A program made the translations under genes and the position numbers. Below, in pieces: positions 48,860 to 61,540 of a DNA stretch of 64,000 nucleotides. The notes under the pieces are model-generated. The model had not been told where the DNA came from and did no database searches. It saw nothing but the letters and a program-made list of their open reading frames with translations. Each line of letters begins with the position of its first letter. The stretch's first letter is position 1. Origin of the DNA: Lama glama (taxonomy: Eukaryota). The stretch lies in assembly GCA_028534125.1 (NCBI GenBank), contig CM052816.1:34412001-34476000 (forward strand), in the 5' to 3' direction.

Positions 48860-51448
48860 CATGGTAAGATTTGTCTTTTATTAGATATCTTATATTACAT
48901 ATTCCCAAAAAGATATAAAATCTTCCAAGAGAAAATATCAAAACCTATTGATTCCCAGGTAAGCGACATAATCAAAATGAAAGCAAAGATTTTCTTCCAG
49001 ACAAAGGAATGTGAAAACATCTCGGCACAAATACAACAAAGACATGGGAAGGTAATTACAATGTTTTACAACACATTTTACAGCATTTTGTTTTAATCAG
49101 TATTTGGAGAAAACAAGGATGCTGAGTTCTCAAACACTGCAGTTACAACCTCAAATTAAATTTTTCAAAAAAAAAAAAAGAAAAGAATGAACTACTTGGT
49201 CAACTGAATATCTGTGACAATGAATGTAATAAAACCTAAGCAAACAAATATGCCACTGAGATCACACTGAAGTGCATGATTTTTAGTGTGTGCTGGGGAC
49301 ACTAAATTATTTAATCAGTTCTTGACCACAACCCAAAGCAGAAGCATCCTCTCTTCATTTCCCTGATGATTTATTCTAAAAATAAAAAGCAGAAACTTGC
49401 TGGTTAAAGAGAATTTCTGCTTTACCTGTGAACAGCTGGTGGCACCACACACTGAATAAGACCCCGACCGAACACAGGACAGATCCATCTCAAACAACCG
49501 GAAGTGGCAAAACCACTGTTATTGCATCAAGGTTTTTTATTTCAACTGATCAGAAATTCCAGAACAGTTAAGCACACCCACTTAAACCACAGAACACAGT
49601 GAACTCCTATAGGAAGGTTTTACATTTATGATGCAATGAAAATACTGATCTAAGTCCTGGGATTTGCTTCTGGCAATCCTAACATCTATAGATGTCCACA
49701 AAAAGGAAGCTTTTTTTAAATTTGTTTATCTCCCCAAAATGAGGAAGGAAACTTACAGTACATGTTTATTGCATGAAATTACTCCCTTGTAATATCTTTA
49801 TCAATACTATTATTGTTTCCTTAATAATTAAAGGTGAAAAAAGTTTACGAATTTAACATAACTTAACAATAATTTTAGGAGCTGCATCTTGATTAAAAAT
49901 CCAGATGACAATCAGACTACATGATAAAACAGAAATTAGGTTTTAACTTCCATACGAAGATGTTGGAATGACAGGAGGTAAAATGGAAGTTTTAACGTCA
50001 GATAATACTAAATCTATCAGTTAACACAAAGCAAATTTTCAGAAGGGTACATACTCAAGCATCCTTTCTATGCTAAAACTGAATATTCTAAATGTTGCTA
50101 ATGATGCTTTATTTTAATGTCAAGTGAACAATGATCCCAAATAAATTTATCAAAAGTATTGTAATGGCACATAGGTTTAGAATGTCATTTTGAGGTTAGC
50201 ACATACAAATTTCAGAATTCACTGAACAAACATACTCTTCAAGAAGACAAATTATGATGAGCTACATATAAGTGGGTTTCAAAACAGGCTCTATTTTAAA
50301 GCATTCTCCCTTCAAAATGGTTAACTCCTGTGAAATGGAAACAGTGTGTGGATTCTGCATGTTACAAAATCCTTGCTTCAAGTTGCAGTCTTCTTGGCAG
50401 CAGCATATTTTAATTAACAATATTTTTCTTCCTTGTTTTGTTTTCTGACATCTCAGTACATTCAAATAGTCAAAATGTTTAGAGTAACATCACCACAAAT
50501 TGAATGAAACAGATCAGAATGTGGCCAGCATTGTCAGGCAAAAATTACACAATTTATGTGTCATAGAAAGCAACCCCCCTGCCCACCCCAATCTCTCCCC
50601 TTCCCAACAGTAACATGGACACCAAAAGATTTAACAAGACTTATAAAAAAATAAGGCACATTTACTTGGATATGGTAATTTTAAAATAGAAAACCCCTTC
50701 TCAGAACATCTGTATTCAAATGAGCTGTGTAAAAAGACACCTTGTGGTACCGAAAAGAGGTTATGGTACCAATGGAATTGCTTCTTCTATTTTAGTGACA
50801 ATGGAATAAATTGCACCTATCCCACATTGTCAAGTAATGAAAATATGACTCTTCTACTACTGAATGATTCAAAATCTGATATTTCTGGAAATACTTACAA
50901 AGGAAGGGAAGGGAGGGGTCAAGTGGTAGAAAAACGCATATAATCAACTATGTATATTATAAGCATTGATGGATTGCACTTTTCCACATATTTCAACACA
51001 TAAAATCTTTCTAACATGTGTGAATGACTGCAACCATTTTGGCCATTAGCTATTACCCACCAGCGTTTTATTCCATTTTGGTAAAACTAACGAAGGATCA
51101 GCAACATGAATACTTATAACAATTTTTCACAACCCCCAAACCAGATATAATTTGTTAGCATTTAACCTGAGATACGATCTGTTGAGAGGTTGTCTTAGAC
51201 ATTTCTTCGTTTGTTGCATCAATTCATACTGATGTTGGTAGTTCATGGAAGGAACTTATTAAAAAAAAAAACAACTAGTTTATAGCATGGCTTTTTTTTT
51301 CTCTTACTGTACTGGTTTAACAAAAAAAAATCACAAAATTCTTGTCCTCACAGTAGCCAGAAGCTAAAACAATGTGCTTCTTTATTGCACGTCAAACCAA
51401 AAAGTGTATAAAAGCCAATGCTCCCCAATTGAAATCTGAAAGCCAGGT
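48860..51448 (-). other. MAN2A1: MAN2A1 3'UTR (3' end approximate)
   Basis: Repeat-free AT-rich sequence directly after the stop. Minus-strand AATAAA at 51381, 51067, 50108, 49765, 49536, 48877 and 48752. The distal end is inferred from the 48877-48882 hexamer. Confidence 0.7.
48877..48882 (-). terminator. Candidate distal polyadenylation signal (AATAAA) of MAN2A1
   Basis: Plus-strand tttatt near the end of the AT-rich UTR block; other hexamers are alternatives. Confidence 0.45.
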
Positions 51449-51601
51449 TCACCTCAACTGGATTCGGAATGTGCTGATTTCCATGGGACTCAAGTTGATC
51501 TCACTTATATTTCGGGCGTCTGAAGGTGAATGCATCAAGGATAATGAAGAAGGTGTGAGACTTACAACAGTGAACTTGTTAAAAAGTTTCTGTACCGATA
51601 T
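51449..51601 (-). CDS. MAN2A1: Alpha-mannosidase II, coding part of terminal exon including TGA stop
   Basis: ttttctttttag|ATA...AGG TGA. Translates ISVQKLFNKFTVVSLTPSSLSLMHSPSDARNISEINLSPMEISTFRIQLR*, the MAN2A1 C-terminus (LSPMEISTFRIQLR), in frame with the two upstream exons. Confidence 0.97.
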   Translation of the reverse strand: MSVQKLFNKFTVVSLTPSSLSLMHSPSDARNISEINLSPMEISTFRIQLR

Positions 51602-53239
51602 CTAAAAAGAAAATGATAAAAAATTGGCAGATTTAGAACAATTTTGAAGAAAGATTAGTAGCACATCTCTATATTCAGGATGAGAAGGAGTGAAACAGTG
51701 TTTAAAGTTCCCTTTTAATGAAAAAAAAGGGACGGGAGGGAGGTTAAATACACCTCTGCACACTCGGACACAGTGACCATCCCTGCAGAGAGAAGAGGAC
51801 ACAAATAACAGGGCCAGGCGACACGTTCTGCCCTCCTTTTCTGTTCATGAGAACACATCATGTGCAGGGGCCACTTGTTCAATAAAAGAAGGGCATCTGG
51901 GGGCCACAAAGCTTTAAACACAACCAGGTCCTCTTTCAGTCAATACTTACGCCCAACACTGGTGCTTCTCCCCGTTCTTCCTGTGCCAAAAGAGCTGGGA
52001 GATGAGACACAGGCCGCCACAAGGAAGGCCCACCGTGTCAGCGAGTCCCGTTCACACAGTGGGGGGTTGTTTGGAAAATGCCACTCTCCTGGCAGGTTAT
52101 TCTAATGTGTCTCTCTGGACTGTGTAACTCCCTTAAGACCCAATGCCTTAATGTTTGAATACAAATGTTCACACCAAGCATACTCAGATCATCAACGACA
52201 CTGTAGAATGCAAATAAAATGAAAAAGGTAACAGAGATGTCAGCGCTTTCTTAGCACCAACTACATGCAGGGTGAGGCAAAAGACAGGGAGATGCTTATT
52301 TAAGCAGATTTAAGTGCCCACCCCCACCCCCCAGCGTATTTTCTTTCCTCTTCTTTTTGTACCCTGTGCACATGCTAACTGTATGGGGCGGGGACTGCAT
52401 CACTTGAGTCTGGTCTACACCATGTCTGTGAGGTTTTGGAGAACAGCTGTGTGAGCTGAGCTGACTTGGTGGGGCAGAACTGTCTGTGTGCTGGAATCAG
52501 CCCAACTGTCTTCTCTGACTTACAGCCTGTTCAGAGCCAGAGGCGTAAGACTGGAGGTTCATTTCCTTCCAAGGAGAGGCTTCATGAGAACTGCCAGCAA
52601 GACCAATTTGCAGAGAAATTAGCAATGTGCAGGCAGCAAGCAGTGGTTGGCCTGGGGATCTGTCTGATCCGCAAGTGGGGGCTCATGTGCAAATCTTGCA
52701 TAATCAGATCTAGCCCCGCATCTTGCCCCTGGGGAGATAACTGATTGGAGCTAAGTACAGCTGCCTAGGGGGCTCTGGTTGGGTTATCCCACTGGCCACA
52801 GTCTCATTGCTCCCTGTCTCCCCCTACTGCTAGCCCACCCCACTTTAGTTATTATAAAACTGGCCTCAGCTCCTGGAGGACTTGGGTTTACCATTGCTAA
52901 ACTAGATGATACATGAGCATGTCGAAGAGAGGTAGAAATGCAGGGGGGAGGTGGCGATGGGAAGAAGATATTTTACAGAGTGGAAACGGAAGGCCTAAGA
53001 ATCAGTGATGACACTGCCTTCAAACATGCACGTTTGCCTATGCATTTTGATGGTGACAAGGAGAAGAGACTGAAAGTTGAGACAAAGCTTTCTTAACATG
53101 CAGAAATATGCGCTAATTTGAAGTTGAGGGGAATGAGTTGCGAAGAAGCAATGAAACACCTTATTGTTAAGATTACCTGTAGAAAGTAAGAATTTCAAAG
53201 CACACTAACTCAGCAAGCAAAAATAAGCTTTCAGCTTAC

Positions 53240-53350
53240 CTTTCCCTGCGTAGTGGAACAATGCAGACCTGTGTCTCTGCCAGAGAAGCGGCAATCGAAC
53301 CCCTTCCTGTGGAGGATCAAGGCTGCCTCATTGGAATGCTTGCCGTCCAC
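53240..53350 (-). CDS. MAN2A1: Alpha-mannosidase II, penultimate coding exon
   Basis: tttgcag|GTG...AAG|gtaagc; 111 nt, phase 0/0. Translates VDGKHSNEAALILHRKGFDCRFSGRDTGLHCSTTQGK (AALILHRKGFDC motif of Golgi mannosidase II). Confidence 0.97.
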
Positions 53351-54078
53351 CTGCAAATGAGCAGAGCACCAACATGCCATGGTGACATTGAGGCAATATT
53401 GACACTACTGCACAGCCTTGATGTCTGTGTCCCCAAGCCACAATGCTCATTTTATTTAAAAGCGAATTCAGGCAAATTCATTTCCATTCAGGTTCTGTGC
53501 TCACTGAGCCCACACCCCTGCTCCATTCCCTCCCCCAAGGAGTCTGGTGACATCATATTCTATGTATATTTTGATACTCAAGCCTTGGTTTCCTCCTCCA
53601 TAGTTCTTGAGGACTTGGGAAATTTTTGTCCACGTAATATACATTGTTTTATCAGTTTCTTCAGATAAAGCATTTCATTTTTATTTACTTTTAATAAATC
53701 CATCAACTGAATACAGTATACGTGAATTTGGTCCTTATCTGGTCATTGAATGATGTATCAACCATCTTAAAACTGAAATATGCTTCTTCATTGAAAACTA
53801 ATTTTTGCCAATTGCATGAACATTTTTAATCTTTAACGTATTGGTTCATTATTTTTACATAAGAGACATTTAAATTGAATTAGTTATGCTTATCACTTGC
53901 TAAGCCAACCACATTTATTAGCTTGATGTATCATTTAAATTCACATTACAGAAGCTATTCTTCTTGCACAGACGAAAAGGAAAACACGAAACATGACAAG
54001 TCAGCTACAGGGATCACACAGAGTTTCTTGCAGTAAAATTTCTTGCATCTATTTAAGTAACAATGCCATGATAAATAA

Positions 54079-54114
54079 TTATCATTATTAATAAATTTAT
54101 CATTATTAATAAAT
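54079..54114. repeat. Perfect 18-bp tandem duplication (ttatcattattaataaat x2)
   Basis: Copies at 54079-54096 and 54097-54114. Confidence 0.9.
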
Positions 54115-54864
54115 TTTGTTTCCTATACTGGGAAGATGTTTATGATAAATCAAATGATTAAAAAATCCTTGGAAAAGTTCAGAAATGTACCGTTACTCAA
54201 AAGAGAGTCGTGTGCTGCTTGGTACTGACACTATGAGTCCTTTTTCTTTTCTGTGGCCACAGCCATGAATAAGCCCAAGTTCCTGATCATTCTTACTGGG
54301 GCATACGATTTTTTAATGTGCTATAGAGACATCTTTTCTGAACAGCTGCCAGCCTTCCCGCCACTGATTTGATTTTAATGTGCCTGAACAACTTAGAGCT
54401 GTCCTCACCTCAGCTTCTTGGCTGAAATAACCTATTTTATGATATTTTCCACTGGTATTTTGCAGTGGCACTGCTATGATTTTGCTTGAAGGGAGAGAAA
54501 AAAAGTCATTTAAGGGATTCTGATTCATTGCAGAACCACATGATACACATAGCTAGTTGAAATCATATGATAAAGATTTCTAATGAAATTTCAAACAATT
54601 TCACAGTCTCCAAAATAGCATGAAAACAGCACATGAGAAAACCCTTTAGTTATAACGCACATGAGATCCCCAGAAGGATACAGTTGTGCCAATTGTGAAA
54701 TCTTGGAATAGTCCTTTATTATTCCAAAGCATTAGTTTCCTTGTCTATTAAATGGAGCTAACGCATGTCTATCTCCTTCACGGCAGTGTGGTTAACCCAC
54801 TGAAAATACTGAGTAAGGTAGCCCAGCTTACAGGACAGACTATGCTAGTGCAGAAGCTGCAGAA

Positions 54865-55060
54865 ATGAGTGGTTCAGAACTTGGGCTGGGAGTCAGATAG
54901 CCTGAGATCTGTATCCTAGTTCTGCAATTTACTAGCCGCTGATTTCAGCAAAACAGTTTTCCTTTGCCATAAAATAGAGATGAGATGAAATGAAATAGCA
55001 GAACAAGAACTCTGCCTGGGATCTGGAGCAGAGGGAACCCTTAGTGTATTATTATTTCTA
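54865..55060 (+). mobile_element. MIR in MAN2A1 intron
   Basis: gtggttcagaacttgggctgggagtcagatagcctg..tcctagttctgcaatttactagc. Confidence 0.7.
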
Positions 55061-56624
55061 TCAATATCATCCATCAAATAGTGATTATTTTCATAATAGT
55101 TACAAATTAAACAATATTCTCATTTAACTTCTTAGTCATAAATTTCCTTTACTGACATCGTAACTTTATAGCTAAGGAATCAGGGAAGCTCCAGATTAGA
55201 TGTCTACAATTACACATCAAAATCATAACAAAGTCCTAGTTCAAATTCATGGATTTGATGGCCTCTTAATTAAACTCCAAAAGCACTTATCACTATTAAC
55301 CTAAGTCATTCGGCCATTTTAACTCACTAGACCATCCTGAAAAAAATCACTGATAAACAGGCATTGCTAAAATTCCTGCAACACATTTGTTCTTGGAATA
55401 ATGAATGTGTAAGGCCCTTAATAGACTGAAGGTAACAAAAAAAAAAAAAGGGGGGGGGGAGGAAACACTTTTGGGATTCTGTCATTGAATTCACTAAGAT
55501 ATTTAAACAGACAATACAAAAGTAGAGATTAAGATCATAAAAATTAATTTTCACTGATGAGAAAAAAGTTGTACTCTCCTTAAAAACTAAAATTGCATAA
55601 TTTTTTGTAAGGACTAAAACACTAATTGAAATAGCAATCACCTTCTGTAAGTTTTTAAATATCAAATATTCATGATTCCAGCAAAAATACCTGAGGCAAA
55701 GCAGAAGTTTTTCAATTTCAAAGTCTGTCTAGACATTTTATTTCCAAGAAAGCTGTTTTTCAATGTAGGGAAACTGTGAATTTAACTTGAATATGTATGC
55801 AGGAAAACATAAACCTTCAAGTAGTCACACTCTGCTCTAGGAGAGTAAACAAATTTTGAAAGACCTGTTTTTATAGTCATTAACACATTAGTAACATCCA
55901 GACCTCAGAAACGAAAGGGAGGGTGTGGGGAAGAAAACTTATAAATTTTGACACTGCACCAAGCACTGTGCTAGATGAGCTTCAAATTTAGTGCCTTCAT
56001 AAAACAGTTCAGATCACAATTGAGGTTGAACCCCTGTTGGATGTTCCAAAGTTGCAGAACTTATTTCAGGAGATTAACCTAGACTAAGTGGGACCTGTGA
56101 AACTTCTCTAGCAACTGGGGGGAATGCAGGGGCTTTCTAAGAGAAAGCTAGATTGGAGGCAAAGCTTGATTCTACCATGAGCCAGTTAAGCGACTGAGTA
56201 TACCATTTAACCTCTGGAAAATTCAAGGAACTAGGTTAGACTCATCAAGAGCCCCTTTGAGAATTAAGGGGCAACCACAGTGACAACCACAGTAATTGCA
56301 GCTAACACTTATGGAGTACTTGCTGTGTGCCAGAGCCGTGCAGAATGGTTTTCGTGGATTAACTCATTCCATCTTACAACAACCTTTGAAGTGGTTGAAA
56401 TGGGATACAAGTTGTATTACTGTATTTGAAGGTATCACAAAGCCTTCCCTGTCATATTCACATAGCAATTGTTGCTAATGACTCTACACTGGTCCTTCAT
56501 GATCTTCCCTGCCAGTGGTTGGTGTATCCTATGGGTGTCCCATTATTACTGAGCAGACAAGAGAAAAACAGGCAGTGTATTCCCCAACATTTTTAGCACT
56601 ATCACTCCTCTTTTCTTCCCAAGC

Positions 56625-56860
56625 AAGTATAGGGCTCTGAGTAGGGATCTGGAGCCAGACTCTCTGGGGTGTGCTTTGCAGCACCACTGTGTGCTGGCTG
56701 TGAGACCCAGGAAAGTTACCCACCATCCCTAGGTCAGGTAGTTTCCTCTTCAGTAAGATGGGCCACGAATAGTGCCTCCTTTCCTATTGTCGTTGGGAGA
56801 GCTAAATTAGGCTCATGCACTCAGCATCATGCCCAGCATGGAGACAATTTTAGGTATGTT
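56625..56860 (+). mobile_element. MIR in MAN2A1 intron
   Basis: ctggagccagactctctgggg..caccactgtgtgctggctgtgagacccagg..gtttcctcttcagtaagatggg. Confidence 0.65.
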
Positions 56861-57049
56861 GTTTTGAAAAACCTGAGCAATTAGTAATAAACTATACAAG
56901 GAATACAAATCAAAGTGACATCAAGATTTACTTTGGCAATAAACTTCAATCTTCTCCAGTTTATTGTAAGAAAGTACAAACATTTTTACATCATTATTAG
57001 TAACAATCACAACTGCTTATGACTGAATGATCACAGCTGAGAACCTCTA

Positions 57050-57290
57050 TTTGTCACGCATTTGTGCTTACTACGTGCCTGATGCTGTCTCAGCTTTACA
57101 AACATCAACACATTTAATCTCCAGAACATCTCTAAGGTGGGTACTGTTATCACTGCCTTGTGACCAGTGAGGAAACTGGGACTTAGAGAATTAAGTTACT
57201 TGCTCTAAGACACCCGGCCAGTGAGTCGAGGGAATGCACTCGAATCCAGGTGGTCCAACCTCCAAGTCTGTCCTTTGAGTCTTGTCTTTG
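57050..57290 (-). mobile_element. MIR in MAN2A1 intron
   Basis: gtgcttactacgtgcctg..catttaatctcc..gaggaaactggga..aagttacttgctctaagacac..actcgaatccagg. Confidence 0.8.
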
Positions 57291-59139
57291 CTCTAGCTGT
57301 GGATTGGAGCTACACAGACAGGCAGTTCGGAGGGGAAAGAGGAGGATTGCTTTTGACTTAATATAACAAAAGGCTCTATACTAAAGGAGATCACACCTCT
57401 GATTTGAGGCTGGAAAAAGGGAGTATTTAATCCATGGTTGCAACAGAGCTAAAATTATGATTTATCAAAACATACTCAGAAAGTAAGGTTTAGAAATTAT
57501 AATTTCTACCCATCCACAACCTGCCCAACCATCCACTCACCCCATTTATAAACAGGATTTAAAGTCATTCTGAAAATTACACATTCATATCACAGTCTTT
57601 CCTAAGAAAAAGAGCAGGCAACGTTCCTCTCCCGAGAGGATGAGAACTCTGGAAAATGTGAGCCCTGAACTACTCATCTCACATTGAGAGAAACTGGATT
57701 TGTTCATGAGTAAAGAGAGGTTCACAAATCAGTAACTCCTGGAAACTGTGGTACACAGGGTATGCACACACACTGTTTTCTGAGAAAGAGAGGAGCCATA
57801 ACTTTGACTGGATTCTCCAAGAAGAATGTGACCTCACCCTTCTTAAAGGACGTGTAAGGCATATATAGATTAAGGCTACACACCTGGTGGGAAAATTTCT
57901 CCAACTCACTCAGATTCTTTGAAAATGCCAAACAACACTTAGATGTCAGTGCATTCGGGCAGCTGGGAAAGTTGGAAAATCTCACACCGCATTATAAATC
58001 CTGACACAGGAAATAACCAGTAGAAATTCATTTTCCAGGGCACTCATTAAAATGTCAATAACAGTGATCCTGTTTTAATCAACAAGATAGCATGACACAA
58101 AGAAAGGGGAAGGTGAATGGCTGTTCTCAGATATGTACAACAAAGGACATTTTTTTCGCCACAATTTTCACCTTTCCAGAAGCTAGGGAGATCAATAAAG
58201 CACCAATCAATTCTTATAAGAAAGGCAAAATAAAGTAAAAACCTTCAACTGCCTCTTGTAAGAAAAGGAGGGAGTGGTGTAAGCAAGTTGACAGAAAATC
58301 TTGTTCAATAAGTGGTGCTGATGTTGAAATGAATGGTTAACTATTTGCAAGAACAGCTAAGCACCAGTCAAAATAAATTCCACAGAGAATAGTTAATCAC
58401 AATATATAGATATTGAGAACAGATCAAGATACAAAGATATATATCTATAAATAAATTAAATACAAATATATCTGCAATGGAAATGGAAATAATTTGGGGA
58501 GGGGTTGAACTACGTATCATTGTTCAAAACATCAAGGTAGAACGGCTCCATGAAGTTGAGATGAACAGCTCCTGCTCGGCCCTGGAATGTCAGCAGTCCA
58601 GGCTGAGCCTTTCATTCTAGCTTACAGAACCCTGACCCATGATCCATCCTCCCATGAGATTCTCCCAGCATCCTCTCTACCAAGGTCCCCTTCTCCCTTA
58701 ATCATTACCCTTTCCTGATGACTTGGTTTCCCATTTAGAGCGCTTCATTGGTGCTCCTGTACCCTAGTTTTCAAGCCTTTATAGAAGCTTCTTTTTATAT
58801 CTCAAGCTGCTGAGACTGTAAGAAAAGAGGGTGGTAAGTAGAAGAGAGTTGGAGGCCAGGCCCATAGGATAAGGAGGCCAACAGTTAAATTCCTAGACAG
58901 TGGCTAGAGCATCCTGGGCTGGACACGCTGTGAGGAAGGGTTTCAAGAGATATTTGTTCTCCTCTTCATCTGACTACAAATACACGACATATAATTTTTT
59001 CCAAAAAACATCTAAGAAGTAGAAAAGTAAGCTATACCAATCTAAAACAAACTCACCTACCAACAGAGAACAATTCTTGAAAAACTGAACTTTGAGAAAC
59101 AGATTTAGTAACTCTTAAAAAGTCAAATACTATCCTCTG

Positions 59140-59420
59140 AGGTGATGATGTCTAGCACCCAGACATGGGTCCTGATTCTGCCATTTACTGCTGGGTAGTT
59201 ACAGTTTAATCATTTAATCTCTCTAAGCCTTACTTTCCCAAGTCAGTAAACAGAGACAACTCAGCAATTCTAGAATCATGAGGAGAGTTTTTAAAAAATT
59301 ACTGTTTCCTACATTCTCCACCCTAGACATACAGAATCTGAATCTCAGAGAGAATGAAATTTGTAAAAGTCTCTTTTTCTAAAATCTCCCCAGTGTGACC
59401 TGGGATGGTGTCTGGAAATG
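59140..59420. mobile_element. MIR followed by MER5B-like fragment
   Basis: gacatgggtcctgattctgccatttactg..ctctaagcct; ccctagacatacagaatctgaatctc..ctccccagtg. Confidence 0.6.
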
Positions 59421-61059
59421 TAGAACCACCTCGGTGGGTTAGCACACCTCCAGCCCCCACCTCACTTCTCTCACTACTGCTTGAGCCCATCACCCCTTTC
59501 TCCACAAGGAGTGAGGGAGACCAACTGAGGTTCAGAACTGAGGAACCTACAGACAGCGGCCCGGGGCATGAGCAAGCAGGGTCAGCTCCCATCACACTGC
59601 TGGTGGGGGCAGTCAGGCAGGAAGAGACGTGCCTTGTCGTGTCAAGGTGGTCCTCAGGCACTTTTCTCATGGAAAAACTGAGAAGGTGGTTAGTAAACGC
59701 TTACTTAGATACAGGTCAATGCAGACCTCTGGTCTTGCTTGGAATTCGACCTCTATTTTCTCTATTATTTCAGTGGGAAAAAGGCATTGCAATCTCTAAA
59801 CAAACAACTCTATTGTGTATTGAGAGCTGCCAGCACACACACACACAAAAACATAATCCAAAATGTTCAGTTTGGCCTTCTGGATTTATCCACTGAGTTA
59901 TTTTTGTCTTTCTTTTAGTAACCATGGAAATATACCTGCCATCATTTAAGTATCAAGCTTTTCTTTGCAACAATACCTACATCAACTTCCGTCAATGATT
60001 ACTTTCCTATTATCAGAGGTTAGGGGACAGAGAGCAATTCTTTAAAGAAGCCACTCTGAATGGACTAATCAGTCCCCTCAGATTACTGGTAAGATTTTAA
60101 ACAACTGTTAGACATATGGGCTAAGAGTCAAAGACTAACACAGAACTGGCACCAGTTGAGATGATAATACAAATAGTCCCAAATCTTTAGTTCTGATCGT
60201 GTGGTTAGGCACTAAACTATGCCTAAGGTTAGGGATTTCAGTCTTTCTTCTTCCTGGACAGACTGTTAAACTGCTTTTTACTTCCTCTGCTAAAACCCAG
60301 TTTGGACCTGAGCTGGCATGTACTGTAAGCATTATCAACATAACAAGGTACGTGTACCAAGCACTTGTTTTCAAAGGGCTCTCACAGTGTTATTTCATCT
60401 CTTTCTGACACTAGATCTGAAGCAGGTCTATCTGCTATCAGGCCCATTTTATAAATGGTAGCTGAGTCAGCAGTCAGTCAGCCCACAGGCAGTGAAGGTG
60501 GTCGACCTGTCCAAAGGGGAGAAGGGTCATGGGAAGCCAGGTAGCCACGGGGAGTGGAGGCCAGACTGCAGAGGGCATGAATGCCCAAGGGTCTGAACCT
60601 ATTTGGTAGCAACAGGAGTTTTAGTCCAGAAGAGCTTAGATTTGTATGACAGGAAGAATGAAAGGAACAGGTGACTACAAAAAGAGAGGTGATCTGGAAA
60701 ACAAGCGCAAACCTCGCGTGGTGGGGGGTAAAACCTCACACTCACTGACTCTAGTCATCTGGTGCTGCTTCCAGAAAACAATCACGGGAACGAGTCGCCT
60801 GGAAGTGAGGCTAATGAATCGTGGCTGCTCTGTGCCCCAGAAGCCCAGGGGTCCTTCAGATTCTCCACCATCTATGCCGGACGTGGAAGCCCGAGGCTCA
60901 GTCTTTGGTGCCCTCCACTCTGCCCTTTCATGTCTTTAGCCCAGGAATTAATGTCAGGTTACCTCAAGGAGGCTGTCCATCTCTGGGACGTTTTTTCCTT
61001 GAGTCAAAAAACAGACCCATAAGAGACCATTGCAGAATCCTAGCGAGAATGCTCACAAC

Positions 61060-61540
61060 ATTCAGTTGTTCAACAAATAATTACTGAGCCCCTTGTAGGC
61101 ACAGGCTCTGTTCTAGGCAGGGGGACACAGTAAGGAGTCAGAGAAAAGCCCGGGTGCTTGGAGTCTCCATCCTGACCACATCTCCTGCCTGCATGCCTTC
61201 TCCTGGCTCCTAACTCTTCCTGACCACCCTCCCCACAGGAACCTGCATGAGCCACTTACTCCCTGACCCCCTTCAGAGTTTTACTCCATTATCATCTTTG
61301 CTGCAAGGCCCTCTCCAATGACCCTATTCAAATCACCATCTAGAATTGCCCTTCCCTCCTTCTTTCCTTTCATAGTAACACATCACCGCCTAACATATGT
61401 TTCTCTTATTTTTTCTTCTTTAATTATTATTCTCTTCCCACTAAGCACAAAAAGGCAGGGGCTCTTGTCTGTTTAGTCCATGGCTGTACTCCTAGTGCCT
61501 TTAGCGGTGACTGGCACGTAGCAGGCATGAAATAAATCCC
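61060..61540. mobile_element. L2 3'-end fragments in opposite orientations
   Basis: ttcaacaaataattactgagcccc..(minus) and aggcaggggctcttgtctgtttagtcc..cctagtgcctttagcggtgactggcacgtagcaggc (plus). Confidence 0.75.

Noticed and set aside
52762..52774. CTCF-like TGCCTAGGGGGCT in the last MAN2A1 intron
   Set aside because: Lacks the leading CCA/CCG of the core; too weak to call without data.
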